Under the pieces are notes generated by a model. That model made no database searches. It had not been told where the DNA came from and saw only the letters and a list, made by a program, of their open reading frames with translations. Positions 53,098-62,613 of a stretch of 64,000 bases of DNA are shown piece after piece. The DNA comes from an uncultured Gammaproteobacteria bacterium (GTDB taxonomy: Bacteria > Patescibacteriota > Patescibacteriia > Patescibacteriales > UBA12465), in the NCBI GenBank assembly GCA_964648205.1, contig CAZYNT010000004.1, positions 5,588 to 69,587 on the forward strand, in the 5' to 3' direction. Numbering within the stretch: the stretch's first letter is position 1; each line of letters begins with the position of its first letter. Position numbers and translations under genes: made by a program.

Positions 53098-54582
53098 ATG
53101 CACCCACGTTACACAAACACCGAGATTACCAGAATCTTCAGCGATGAAAACAAGCTGAACCTCTGGCAAAAAGTAGAGTTGGCTGTACTGCAAGCCAAAG
53201 CACAGCTCGACTTAATATCTTTTGATATTTTTTGGGATATACAAAGGATATTGCTAGCCAACCCGATTGATATCGAATGGTGGAAGACAAGAGACGCCGA
53301 AATCGGCCACGATCTCAACGCTTTTCTTGATGAGCGGCTGCGCTTTTTGCCGCCCGAACTGCAAAAACATTTTCATAAAGATCTTACTTCCTATGATACC
53401 GAGGAGGCGCCGTTTGTAAAAATGCTTACCGAAAGTTTGGCTCAAGTCGAATGTTATTATTCGCCATTTGAAGCTTCTCTGCGCAAACTGTCGCTTGAAC
53501 ATCGCTACACCCTGATGCTGGCGCGCACACACGGCCAAGGGGCGGAATTGCAAAGTTTCGGCAAACGGGTTTTAACCTGGCACGGAAATATCACTGTTGC
53601 CATGGCTAAAATTAAATCAGCCGCCGAAATGCTCAGTTACGCAAAACTCGCCGGTGCAATCGGTAATCATAGCGGAATATCACCCGAAGTAGAAAAAAAG
53701 ACCTTAGAAATTCTTGGTCTCAAGCCTTTCTACGGCGCAACGCAGATAATGCCGCGCGTTATCTATGCGCCGATTGCGCAAAATTTATGCAACTTAGTTT
53801 TGGAGATTAACAAAATTGCCCTGGATATCCGCCTGGGAGCCCGCAGCGGCCTGCCGATACTCCAAGAACCTTTCGGCAAAAAACAAAAGGGTTCGTCAGC
53901 TATGGCGCATAAGAAGAATACGATATCAACTGAAAACATAGAAGGCCAAGCCCGAATGGTCAAGGCGTACATGCTGATGATTACCGAGAATATCGGAACC
54001 TGGGAAGAGCGCGCGATTGAACAGTCATGTGTCGAGCGCGTTGCCTGGCCTGATCTGTTCCATTCGGTTATTCACACCCTAAAAACTATGACACGAATTA
54101 TATCCGGACTGACAGTATACAAAGATAATATGCTGCAGGAAATAATTGATTCGCGCGGAACTTATGCCTCCAGCGAGGCCAAGGAATTTCTCAAAGAAAA
54201 GCTCTGTCCTCTCGGTTTTAGTTATGAGGATGTTTATAGGCTGGTCCAACTCGCCTGCTTCAACATCTTCGAAGTAAATTCAACTCGCGCCGGAATCCGA
54301 AAAACGCGCAATGGATCATTTACAGACGCTGAAGCTGAACTCCTAAAACTCGAGAATGTTCGAAATAAACGCCCGGAAAATCTTGAGACGATCATCGAAA
54401 ACGGAACGCTCAGATATTCAGAGCAGCTGGCCGTAGACGATATCCAAGTTACTGTTTTTAACAGAAAACTGCGGAAAATATTCGCCGATGCGAAAATTTC
54501 AACCCGCTGGAATGAATTATTCAGGCCGGCAAATCTGCTAAAAAACGAAGCCACCCTTTACAAGGAGCTTCTTGGGGAATAA
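53098..54582 (+). CDS. Adenylosuccinate-lyase (PurB)/fumarate-lyase superfamily protein, divergent
   Basis: N-terminus RYTNTEITRIFSDENKLNLWQKVELAVLQA, then GHDLNAF, LTSYDT, ARTHGQGAE, and the signature GSSAMAHKKN (variant of GSSxMPxKxN). 494 aa. Confidence 0.6.
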   Translation: MHPRYTNTEITRIFSDENKLNLWQKVELAVLQAKAQLDLISFDIFWDIQRILLANPIDIEWWKTRDAEIGHDLNAFLDERLRFLPPELQKHFHKDLTSYDTEEAPFVKMLTESLAQVECYYSPFEASLRKLSLEHRYTLMLARTHGQGAELQSFGKRVLTWHGNITVAMAKIKSAAEMLSYAKLAGAIGNHSGISPEVEKKTLEILGLKPFYGATQIMPRVIYAPIAQNLCNLVLEINKIALDIRLGARSGLPILQEPFGKKQKGSSAMAHKKNTISTENIEGQARMVKAYMLMITENIGTWEERAIEQSCVERVAWPDLFHSVIHTLKTMTRIISGLTVYKDNMLQEIIDSRGTYASSEAKEFLKEKLCPLGFSYEDVYRLVQLACFNIFEVNSTRAGIRKTRNGSFTDAEAELLKLENVRNKRPENLETIIENGTLRYSEQLAVDDIQVTVFNRKLRKIFADAKISTRWNELFRPANLLKNEATLYKELLGE

Positions 54583-54601
54583 ATCAAGAAAACTGAACTT
54601 T

Positions 54602-54628
54602 AACGCCGCTTTGAAAACGGCGTTTTTT
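54602..54628 (+). terminator. Intrinsic terminator after the PurB-like gene
   Basis: AACGCCG-N9-CGGCGTT stem followed by T4-5. Confidence 0.7.
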
Positions 54629-54643
54629 AATACAATTTGCGCC

Positions 54644-54672
54644 TTGACTTATTATTAAAAATAGGCTATACT
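54644..54672 (+). promoter_or_regulatory. Promoter of the RRM-protein gene
   Basis: TTGACT (54644-54649), 17 nt, TATACT (54667-54672). Confidence 0.6.
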
Positions 54673-54701
54673 AATTTACAGGTAAGCTATTTTAAAAGTA
54701 A

Positions 54702-54726
54702 GAGCGGACCAAGAATCCGCTTTTTC
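54702..54726 (+). promoter_or_regulatory. Terminator-like hairpin in the 5' UTR of the RRM-protein gene
   Basis: GAGCGGA-N7-TCCGCTT stem followed by T5, about 25 nt after the predicted TSS and 52 nt before the ATG. Confidence 0.35.
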
Positions 54727-54777
54727 TTTAAAAAAAGGTCGTCTTACGTTTAATAAAATTAGTAAAAAGAAAACAAA

Positions 54778-55035
54778 ATGAAAAAGTTATTTGTCGGCGG
54801 CTTGTCCTTCAAGACGACCGAACAAGGTTTAGCGGATGCTTTCGCTAAAGCTGGTACTGTTTTATCCGCTGTTATCATTACTGATCGCATGACCCATCGC
54901 TCCAAAGGCTTTGGTTTCGTCGAGATGGAAAATGACGCTGATGCAGACAATGCCATCGCCATGTATAACAACCAGGAATTAGACGGACGCAAAGTCGTTG
55001 TCAACGAAGCTCGTCCTCTAGAAAAGAGATTCTAA
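54778..55035 (+). CDS. RRM-type RNA-binding protein
   Basis: RNP2 (KLFVGGL) and RNP1 (KGFGFVEM). 85 aa. Confidence 0.85.
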   Translation: MKKLFVGGLSFKTTEQGLADAFAKAGTVLSAVIITDRMTHRSKGFGFVEMENDADADNAIAMYNNQELDGRKVVVNEARPLEKRF

Positions 55036-55063
55036 TAAATCTTATTTCGATTGAAAATACAAA

Positions 55064-55093
55064 CAAAAACACTCCTGAAAAGGAGTGTTTTTG
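55064..55093. terminator. Bidirectional intrinsic terminator (rbp and nifU)
   Basis: A-run, CACTCCT-GAAA-AGGAGTG stem, T5. Confidence 0.7.
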
Positions 55094-55113
55094 TATAGGG
55101 CGGTAATTATCGT

Positions 55114-55551
55114 TTATTTCTTTTTCTTTTTAGCTACAGTCTTAAGAATTTTCTTTTTCCCGAAACTCGGCTCGACCACCTGCTTTCTCTCATAATCTTC
55201 AATTGCTTTTCTCAATCCTTGGACCGCCATAACAGAGCAATGGACTTTTTGGTGGGGCAAGCCGCCAAGTTCCGAAACAATTTTTTCCCATTTATATTTC
55301 TTCGCTTCCTCAATCGTCATGCCTTTTATTTTTTCCGTCATAATCGAGGCCGTGGCGATATTTGAGGCGCAACCGAAAGACAAGAATTTTACATCTTTGA
55401 TTTTTCCCTTTTCCACTTTAAGAAAAAAATCTAATTGGTCGCCGCAAACCATGTTGCCGATTTGAGCATAGCCATCCGGCTTTTTTATCTCCCCAATATT
55501 CTTCGGGTGCTTAAAATGCTCCAGCGTCTTTTTTGTATAATTTAGTGACAT
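55114..55551 (-). CDS. nifU: Fe-S cluster assembly scaffold (IscU/NifU N-terminal type) with a Lys-rich tail
   Basis: HFKHPKNIGEI, GNMVCGD, FGCASNIA, KVHCSVMA. C-terminal KKKILKTVAKKKKK. Confidence 0.85.
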   Translation of the reverse strand: MSLNYTKKTLEHFKHPKNIGEIKKPDGYAQIGNMVCGDQLDFFLKVEKGKIKDVKFLSFGCASNIATASIMTEKIKGMTIEEAKKYKWEKIVSELGGLPHQKVHCSVMAVQGLRKAIEDYERKQVVEPSFGKKKILKTVAKKKKK

Positions 55552-55577
55552 ATATTTTAATAATCATTAATAATTTA

Positions 55578-56729
55578 TTATTTTACCGGGCTAAAACTTC
55601 TTAACCTTTTAACAGTTTCCTTCAAGCATTTAACCGTATAATCTATTTCCGTCTTAGTATTATACCGCCCCAAAGAAAAACGGATATTGCTGTTTAGTTT
55701 ATTTTTATCTAAACCAATTGCTCTTAGGACATAGGAGGCGCGCAAATCAGTCGCCGAACAAGCCGAACCGGTAGAAACACAAATTCCTTTGGATGATAAA
55801 TCTATCAGAATTGCTTCCCCTTCAATTGAGCCGAACATAACATTCAGATTCGCCGGTACGCGCTGGCTTAAACTGCCGTTAACTTGTACGTCGGTAATTT
55901 GTTTTTTAATCTGCTGCCAGAGATAATCGCGCAAACTTTTTACTTTTTTAAGATAAGCATTTCTTTCTTTATAGGCCAATTCCAGGGCGTAAGCTAAACC
56001 CATAATTCCGGGTAAATTATAGGTGCCGGAACGAATTCCATTTTCCTGGCCGCCGCCAATGATTAATGGCTTAATTTTAATGCCTCGTCCAATATAAGCA
56101 ACGCCAACTCCCTTGGGCCCATTGAATTTATGAGCCGACAAACTCAACAAGTCGATGCCCATTTTTTTAATATCAATTTTCAAGTATGGAACCGCTTGAA
56201 CGGCGTCCGTGTGAAAATAGGCGCCATGCTTATGGGCTATTTTAGCGAGAGAGGCAATATCTTGAATCGTGCCGATTTCATTATTAACAGTCATGATAGA
56301 AACTAAGATGGTTTCTTTATCCATAAGCTTTTCCAGCGCTTCTGGCGTTACTACCCCCTCATTATTAACGGGCACAAATTCAACTTTAAAACCAGCTCGC
56401 GCCAACTCGTTGGCCGATTCTCTAACACAAGGATGCTCAATATTTGAAATAATGATTTTATTGCCTTTGCCTTGATTGGCCAAAGCAAGTCCTTTGATGA
56501 TTAAATTATTGGCCTCGCTTGCACTAGCGGTAAAAATAACACTCTCCGCTTCTCCGCCTAAAATTTTAGCCACCTTCTCTTTGGCCGATTGCAAGTCCAA
56601 AAAGGCCTCTTGACCCAAGGCATGAATAGAAGAGGCGTTGCCATATTTTGTTAAAAAATATGGCTTCATTTTAGCAAAAACCCGTGGATCAAGACGAGTC
56701 GTCGCTGCATTGTCTAAATAAACTTTCAT
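55578..56729 (-). CDS. nifS: Cysteine desulfurase (NifS/IscS class)
   Basis: PLP-Lys motif SAHKFNGPKGVG and active-site Cys STGSACS. Confidence 0.9.
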   Translation of the reverse strand: MKVYLDNAATTRLDPRVFAKMKPYFLTKYGNASSIHALGQEAFLDLQSAKEKVAKILGGEAESVIFTASASEANNLIIKGLALANQGKGNKIIISNIEHPCVRESANELARAGFKVEFVPVNNEGVVTPEALEKLMDKETILVSIMTVNNEIGTIQDIASLAKIAHKHGAYFHTDAVQAVPYLKIDIKKMGIDLLSLSAHKFNGPKGVGVAYIGRGIKIKPLIIGGGQENGIRSGTYNLPGIMGLAYALELAYKERNAYLKKVKSLRDYLWQQIKKQITDVQVNGSLSQRVPANLNVMFGSIEGEAILIDLSSKGICVSTGSACSATDLRASYVLRAIGLDKNKLNSNIRFSLGRYNTKTEIDYTVKCLKETVKRLRSFSPVK

Positions 56730-56910
56730 ATTTTAATTTAACTGATTTTTTATAAGATTTTAACTATAACAAATTTCTTTGCTTATGTCCATTATAGCCT
56801 AATTCTAGCACTTTTATAAATATTGACAACCACCCCTTAATTATGGCAATATATAATATTAATGCCAATTTTGGCTTTAATAATTTGTACCTTTAAAACC
56901 TAGAAAAACC

Positions 56911-57354
56911 ATGAAAAAATTAACATTAGCCCTCTTGTTTTTAGGCTTATGTGGCTCTATAACGCTAGAAGTATCAACTTCTTACCACCGAGGCAACTTC
57001 TGGCTTTTAAGGACCCAAGCTGAAGGTCAGACCGAGGTTGAATGGCTAATGGTGCTTTTTCTAAGCTATCAAGTCGTTTTTCCTTTCTTGGCCATGTTCT
57101 TCTTCCGATCATTCCAACGCGAAATACCGGCTAATACTTTCAAGCTGGTCGGCTTGCGTTGGTTGAATAAAATTAACGGCCTTTTGACTTTAGTGATGTT
57201 TGGCATCCTGGGGTCGGCGCTTAGCTTCGGGGCAATTGCTCTTGATCCCCTGGCCGGCGTTTTCTCGCTATCTGTCGGCATACTTTTTATGCTTATCGGC
57301 TGGCTCATTGGCAAAAAATTCACAAAAAATAAAACCATAAACCAACAAACTTAA
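56911..57354 (+). CDS. Small 4-TM membrane protein of unknown function
   Basis: 147-aa hydrophobic ORF, 11 nt upstream of the next ORF. Confidence 0.45.
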   Translation: MKKLTLALLFLGLCGSITLEVSTSYHRGNFWLLRTQAEGQTEVEWLMVLFLSYQVVFPFLAMFFFRSFQREIPANTFKLVGLRWLNKINGLLTLVMFGILGSALSFGAIALDPLAGVFSLSVGILFMLIGWLIGKKFTKNKTINQQT

Positions 57355-57365
57355 AAACCGCCGCC

Positions 57366-58250
57366 ATGAAAAAAAGTATTTTTTTGTTCCTACTCATGCT
57401 ACTAATGCTTAACCTGTCGCTTAATGGCGCTCCCCGAAAATTACATTTCGAAAAAATCGGGGACGAATACATCATCTGGAAACAACTTGATGCTAACCGT
57501 AGAGTAAACGGCTATATTGCCGACAAGGAAATTTTTGCCGTTCTTAATTATTTTGACCCAAGTATTCCTCAAGACCAGCTGGAAGAAGCCTATCTCAATC
57601 CGGAAAAAAATATCAAGATTAGGAGTGACTCCTGTTACACCTACAATCAAAAAAATTTTTTTCTCACTAAAGATAAGCTTTATAACGATGAGACCGCTAT
57701 CTACATCCCGGAACTCCGCTCGATAACCAATGATTATAACTTTGAGAAAACAGAGGGGATAATTGCCTGGCACATGATAATATTCTACATCGGCATCTTT
57801 CTAGCCGTAACATTTTTCAGCTTGTTGATAAACTTAGTGATTAAACGCTGGGTAGTCTGCGGTTTAGCTTTGTCAGCTTTAGTATTTTTAAGCTCCTTTG
57901 CTCTACCGCTGCTAGATCTTGTGAGCTGGGACGAGACGATGCCGTATCTTTGCATCAGCGCCATTGCGTTATTTTTTTCCGGTTTATTAACTTCCGCCGG
58001 TATTGCCATTGAAAAAGAATCAACGACTAAAAACCAAAAAAACACTGATCGCAAGTCGGGGAAAAAAATTTCCCGCCTCCTCTTTTTAACGGCGGCATCA
58101 ATTTTTTTCTTTACCGCCGCGATTGATTTTGCACTAATTACTAAGCTGCACGTTATTGTGGTTTATCTGCTCATCCTGGGAGTAGTCATCAGCGGCACTA
58201 TTATTTCTGCCCTGTTTTTCTTCATAAAAAACCCCCACGAAAACCGCTAA
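57366..58250 (+). CDS. Membrane protein of unknown function (signal peptide, ~120-aa outer domain, 5 TM helices)
   Basis: 294-aa ORF followed by a bidirectional terminator. Confidence 0.45.
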   Translation: MKKSIFLFLLMLLMLNLSLNGAPRKLHFEKIGDEYIIWKQLDANRRVNGYIADKEIFAVLNYFDPSIPQDQLEEAYLNPEKNIKIRSDSCYTYNQKNFFLTKDKLYNDETAIYIPELRSITNDYNFEKTEGIIAWHMIIFYIGIFLAVTFFSLLINLVIKRWVVCGLALSALVFLSSFALPLLDLVSWDETMPYLCISAIALFFSGLLTSAGIAIEKESTTKNQKNTDRKSGKKISRLLFLTAASIFFFTAAIDFALITKLHVIVVYLLILGVVISGTIISALFFFIKNPHENR

Positions 58251-58313
58251 CGCCGCCCCAAAAAAACTGACCCTTATAAAATTGATTAAAAAACCAATAA
58301 TCGCCAAAAAACG

Positions 58314-58345
58314 AAAAGGCTCGGAAAAATCCGAGCCTCTTTTTA
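58314..58345. terminator. Bidirectional intrinsic terminator
   Basis: A-run, AGGCTCGG-N6-CCGAGCCT stem, T-run. Confidence 0.7.
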
Positions 58346-58371
58346 TTATAAATTTTAAATTATATTGTCTG

Positions 58372-59139
58372 CTATTTTACCAACTCAATGCTATTTATAA
58401 CCACATCGGTTACCGGCCGATCATTCATGCCTGTCGGCGTCGCTTCTATTTTTTTAACTACATCCAGGCCATTAACCACTTCGCCGAAATTAGTATGTTT
58501 CCCATCTAACCACGGTGTTTCTGGAAGAGTAACAATAAAAAACTGGGAGCCATTGGTATCGGATCCGGCGTTAGCCATCGCTAAGCTGCCCAATACTAAT
58601 TTATGAGAATTGATCTCATCTTTAAATTTATAGCCGGGTCCGCCGGTTCCCCAAACCGAGGCATCAGATTCCTTGCTTAAAGGATCGCCGCCTTGGATCA
58701 TAAAATCTTTAATCACGCGATGGAATTTTGTACCGTTATAAAATCCCGCCTGAGCTAAATTTAAAAAATTATTGACGGTCAGGGGCGATTCGGCCGCATA
58801 AAACTTAACTGTAATATTTCCCAAGCTGGTTTTTATAATCGCCTGAGAATAGGTTTTTGTTAAATCTTCTTGTTTGTCTGGAGTAAGCATAGTATTAGTA
58901 TTATTTTTAATTTTGTCTGCGTCATTATTACTGGCATCTAAACTGCCAGTAACGCCGGAATCGCTTTGAATTGTGTTAGTAGCGTTTCCGATAACGTTAT
59001 TAATATTTATAACATTGTTCACAATTGGATTGCCTGACGGTGGAATTTTTTCTTCACCCGTAGTAACAGTTTTGTTAGTACAGGCCGAAACGCTGAACGC
59101 AATCGCAAGAATTGCAAAAACCAACAGGATTTTTTTCAT
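58372..59139 (-). CDS. Cyclophilin-type peptidyl-prolyl isomerase, lipoprotein/secreted
   Basis: Signal with Cys (AFSVSAC), a low-complexity linker, and the cyclophilin core FHRVIKDFMIQGGDP...GSQFFI. Confidence 0.85.
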   Translation of the reverse strand: MKKILLVFAILAIAFSVSACTNKTVTTGEEKIPPSGNPIVNNVININNVIGNATNTIQSDSGVTGSLDASNNDADKIKNNTNTMLTPDKQEDLTKTYSQAIIKTSLGNITVKFYAAESPLTVNNFLNLAQAGFYNGTKFHRVIKDFMIQGGDPLSKESDASVWGTGGPGYKFKDEINSHKLVLGSLAMANAGSDTNGSQFFIVTLPETPWLDGKHTNFGEVVNGLDVVKKIEATPTGMNDRPVTDVVINSIELVK

Positions 59140-59144
59140 ACGCT

Positions 59145-60599
59145 TTAAACTTTATATTGTTTTTTAATTAATTTGTCCTCTTCCGCTCTCTTTTCTTCTA
59201 TCACTTCCTTAGCTTTTAAACGCAAATCTTCTAATTCGAACCCGTTTAACTCTTTGGCGCGTTTTTTAAGCCAGGCCGGGTTGTTTAAGCCCGGATCCTC
59301 AAGCACTTCACCGAGTAGTACGTCGAGTATCGCCCCGATCTTCGGCCCGGGCGCAATCTGCAAAATTTTAATAATGTCGTTGCCGTTAATTTTCAGCATC
59401 TTCACGGACACCGGATCATTTTGCACTTTTTCCATCATATACTGCAGATGGCGCAGCTTATAGGGCATGGCTTTCGGCGTACCGGAACCTAATCGGTCGG
59501 CAATCCGCAAGTCAATCAAATCTTTCAGGTTCTCCCGACCGACTTTGACGATTAAACGGCGGACCGAAGCAGCGGTTACTTCGCCGACGTTATAATAAAA
59601 CATGTGATTCTTGACCAAATTAACGACTCTCGCCTGATCAATGGCAGAAAATTTCAAACGCGACATTATTTTTTCTACCATTTTTGCTCCTAAATACTCA
59701 TGATTATAAAATGTAGCGATATTATTGATTATTTTTCTGGCTTTCGGTTTAGCGACGTCGTGGAGCAAAGCAGCTAAGCGCACCGCCCAATCCGAGCTCG
59801 GACAATACTTTAAAGAAAGAATATTATGCTTAAAGACGGGATAAATATGGTGCCTATCTTGATTTACGCCGATACCCTGCTCTAATTCCGGCAAAATATA
59901 CTGCAATAATTTACAATCATGCAAGAGCATGATGCCCTCCGACGGCCTGGTGGACACTAAAATTTTTATGAGTTCATCGCGGATTCTTTCCTTAGAAACG
60001 AATTTCAAGCTTCCGGCTAATTTAATAATCGCCCTTTGCGTTTTAGGCTCAAGTTCGAAACCAAGCTGTGCGCTAAAACGTACTGCCCGCAGCATCCTAA
60101 GTGCGTCTTCTTTAAAGCGGTCATCAGGCTCGCCCACCGCTCTAATTATTTTAGCTTTTATATCTTTTTGGCCGCCGAACAAATCAATAATTTTATCTTG
60201 ATCACTTGGATCAAGCGCCAGGGCATTAATTGTGAAATCGCGGCGCTCCAAGTCTTTATCAAGCTGGGTTTCAAAACGGATTTTATCAGGGTGCCGCCTG
60301 TCTGAGTACCCCTGCTCGCTGCGATAGGTCGTTATTTCAACAACATCTTCCAGTTTTCCTTTTGTCTCCCCCTGCTTGGCCAAGGCTCTAATCGGCAGAA
60401 GAACTGTCCCGAAAGTATTTTCATAGCGTGCTTCAGGAAAAACTTTTAAAACCTGCTCCGGCAAGGCATTGGTGGTTATATCCCAGTCCTTGGGTTCTTT
60501 TCCCATCAAAACATCACGGACGCAGCCGCCGACAATATAGGCCTCGTAGCGCGAGGCCTTTAAATCTTTTATAATTTTTTGAATATATTCGGGAATCAT
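59145..60599 (-). CDS. cca: CCA-adding tRNA nucleotidyltransferase with an HD domain
   Basis: YIVGGCVRDVLMGKEPKDWDITT, RRDFTINALA, and an HD region (LLHDVAKP). Confidence 0.85.
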   Translation of the reverse strand: MIPEYIQKIIKDLKASRYEAYIVGGCVRDVLMGKEPKDWDITTNALPEQVLKVFPEARYENTFGTVLLPIRALAKQGETKGKLEDVVEITTYRSEQGYSDRRHPDKIRFETQLDKDLERRDFTINALALDPSDQDKIIDLFGGQKDIKAKIIRAVGEPDDRFKEDALRMLRAVRFSAQLGFELEPKTQRAIIKLAGSLKFVSKERIRDELIKILVSTRPSEGIMLLHDCKLLQYILPELEQGIGVNQDRHHIYPVFKHNILSLKYCPSSDWAVRLAALLHDVAKPKARKIINNIATFYNHEYLGAKMVEKIMSRLKFSAIDQARVVNLVKNHMFYYNVGEVTAASVRRLIVKVGRENLKDLIDLRIADRLGSGTPKAMPYKLRHLQYMMEKVQNDPVSVKMLKINGNDIIKILQIAPGPKIGAILDVLLGEVLEDPGLNNPAWLKKRAKELNGFELEDLRLKAKEVIEEKRAEEDKLIKKQYKV

Positions 60600-60600
60600 T

Positions 60601-60867
60601 TTATTCTTGTTCTTTCATCAGACTCATTTTGACTATTAAGTGGGGCAAGGCTTTTAATTTCTGTTCTAATTCCGCGATTTTCGGACCTTCGCCCTCAACC
60701 GCCAAAATAATCAGGCCCAGGCAGTGCTCGAAGCAGTTCCGTTGTACATTAACACCTAAACGGGACATTATCAAGTGCCCGTAATCGGTCAAAACCCTAT
60801 TCAATTCGGGAGAAGTCGCCTGCCGATCAGTCGCTAAGACGGAAATAGTCGCTAAAATTCTAGGCAT
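60601..60867 (-). CDS. TM1266-like putative iron-only hydrogenase system regulator (ACT/NikR-C-like)
   Basis: 88-aa protein. The pattern ILATISVLATDRQ...VNRVLTDYGHLIMSRLG...IILAVEG...IAELEQKLKAL...VKM matches my recollection of the TM1266 family. Sits immediately downstream of hydA. Confidence 0.55.
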   Translation of the reverse strand: MPRILATISVLATDRQATSPELNRVLTDYGHLIMSRLGVNVQRNCFEHCLGLIILAVEGEGPKIAELEQKLKALPHLIVKMSLMKEQE

Positions 60868-60871
60868 ATTT

Positions 60872-62602
60872 TTAATTTAATTTACTCTTTTTAACCGTCG
60901 AGATTGAATTTTTCTTCCGGGAAAATTTCGTATGGAGAAGTTTGCTTAAATGATTATTTTTGACCCAACTATAATAAGCCATCATCGCTTTATTCTCATG
61001 CGCGCGCCGTATTGGTCTTTGGCTGTCAATCGCATATAAGCCTTCAAGGCGTTTTTGGCGGATTATTTTATTCGTCGGTATTGGCTGGCCGCCGCCGCCC
61101 AGGCATCCTCCGGGGCAAGACATAACCTCGATATAGTGATATTTTTTTAATTTCGGTAATATTTTTTCGATATTGCCAATCCCATTGACGACGGCGACTC
61201 TAATTTTATTTTTGTCCAAAGAAACGACCGCCTCCTTCAAGCCGGCGAAACCGCGGACTTTTTTAAATTCCAAATGACTGCTACAAAGCTTATTTGTGCT
61301 TTCTGCGCAAACTAGTGCATTAGCCGACCGGAGAGCCGATTCCATGACGCCGCCGGAAGCGCCATAAATAGAGGCTGCGCCAGACCCATTATTAAATAAC
61401 TTCTCGCTTTGGCCCTCGGGTAATTTTTTAAAGTCAATAGCCTTCTTCTTAATCATAAACGCCAATTCTCTGGTTGTTAAAACTAGATCAACTAGCGGCC
61501 GGCCGTTCATCTTTAATTCAGGACGGGAGGCTTCATATTTTTTGGCCGTACAGGGCATAATAGAGACGACGACAATATTATTCGGGTTAATGTTTTTTTG
61601 TTTAGCCCAATAGGTTTTTATCGCACCGGCTAAATAGATATGAGGAGAGCGCGCGGTCGTCAAATGCGGCAATAATTCGGGATGATAAAATTCCGCATAA
61701 GCGACCCAGGCGGGACAGCAGGAAGTCATCATCGGAAAAATAGCTTTTTTATCTTTAAGCCTTTCCAAGAATTCTTCCGCCTCGATAATGGTTGTTAGAT
61801 CAGCGCTGAAGTTAACGTCAAAGACATGGCTGAAACCTAGTTTTTTCAGAGCCGTATATATTTTCCCCTCACAATTGGCGCCGTATGGCATCCCGAATTC
61901 TTCGCCCAGCGATACCCGGATCGAGGGAGCGAATTGCGCCACCACAATCTTATTCTTATCAAGCAGGAGTTTTTCGACTTTATCCCAAGCCATCTGCTCC
62001 TGCGCGGCGGCTACCGGACAATGCAAAGTACATTGTCCGCAATAAATACAAGCGGATTCCTTGTCTTTAGCCGGCACTATCTCCTGATTAACTCCGGCAC
62101 CATCGATTTTCAAATAATTTATTTTCTGAATTTCGCCGCAAGCTTTAAGACAATTCTTGCAATCGATACACTGTGTACCGTCAATCTCCACGGCACCGGC
62201 AAATTGATAAGTTTTTCTCTTTTTTTTGCGATCCGGAAAGCGGTTAATCTTGACTTTATACTTAAGCGCCAATTTCAAAAGATCGCAATTATAGCGCAGA
62301 GTGCAATTCGCGCATTTTTCCGAGTGCTCGGCAAAGAGCAGTTCTAAATTAATCGAACGAGCCTTCTTTACTCTCGGACTGTCCGTTAAAATTTCCATCC
62401 CCTCTTCGACTAAAGTTGAACAAGCCGCTGCTAGCTGACTGCGTCCTTTTATTTCTACGACGCAAACCCGGCAATTCGCCTGAACGCTTAAATCGGGATG
62501 ATGGCAAAGTGTCGGTATTTTAAAACCGTTGGCCGCCGCAACATCTAAAATTGTCTGCCCGTTCTGGGCAGAAATTTTTTTTTCATTAATTTTGATCGTC
62601 AT
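60872..62602 (-). CDS. hydA: [FeFe]-hydrogenase catalytic subunit (HydA/HndD-like, M3 architecture)
   Basis: N-terminal 2Fe-2S domain (CHHPDLSVQANCRVCVVE) and two 4Fe-4S motifs (CIDCKNCLKACG, CIYCGQCTLHCP). H-cluster motifs MTSCCPAWV, MPCTAKKYE, EVMSCPGGCLGGGGQP. Confidence 0.85.
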   Translation of the reverse strand: MTIKINEKKISAQNGQTILDVAAANGFKIPTLCHHPDLSVQANCRVCVVEIKGRSQLAAACSTLVEEGMEILTDSPRVKKARSINLELLFAEHSEKCANCTLRYNCDLLKLALKYKVKINRFPDRKKKRKTYQFAGAVEIDGTQCIDCKNCLKACGEIQKINYLKIDGAGVNQEIVPAKDKESACIYCGQCTLHCPVAAAQEQMAWDKVEKLLLDKNKIVVAQFAPSIRVSLGEEFGMPYGANCEGKIYTALKKLGFSHVFDVNFSADLTTIIEAEEFLERLKDKKAIFPMMTSCCPAWVAYAEFYHPELLPHLTTARSPHIYLAGAIKTYWAKQKNINPNNIVVVSIMPCTAKKYEASRPELKMNGRPLVDLVLTTRELAFMIKKKAIDFKKLPEGQSEKLFNNGSGAASIYGASGGVMESALRSANALVCAESTNKLCSSHLEFKKVRGFAGLKEAVVSLDKNKIRVAVVNGIGNIEKILPKLKKYHYIEVMSCPGGCLGGGGQPIPTNKIIRQKRLEGLYAIDSQRPIRRAHENKAMMAYYSWVKNNHLSKLLHTKFSRKKNSISTVKKSKLN

Positions 62603-62613
62603 GACAAAACAAA

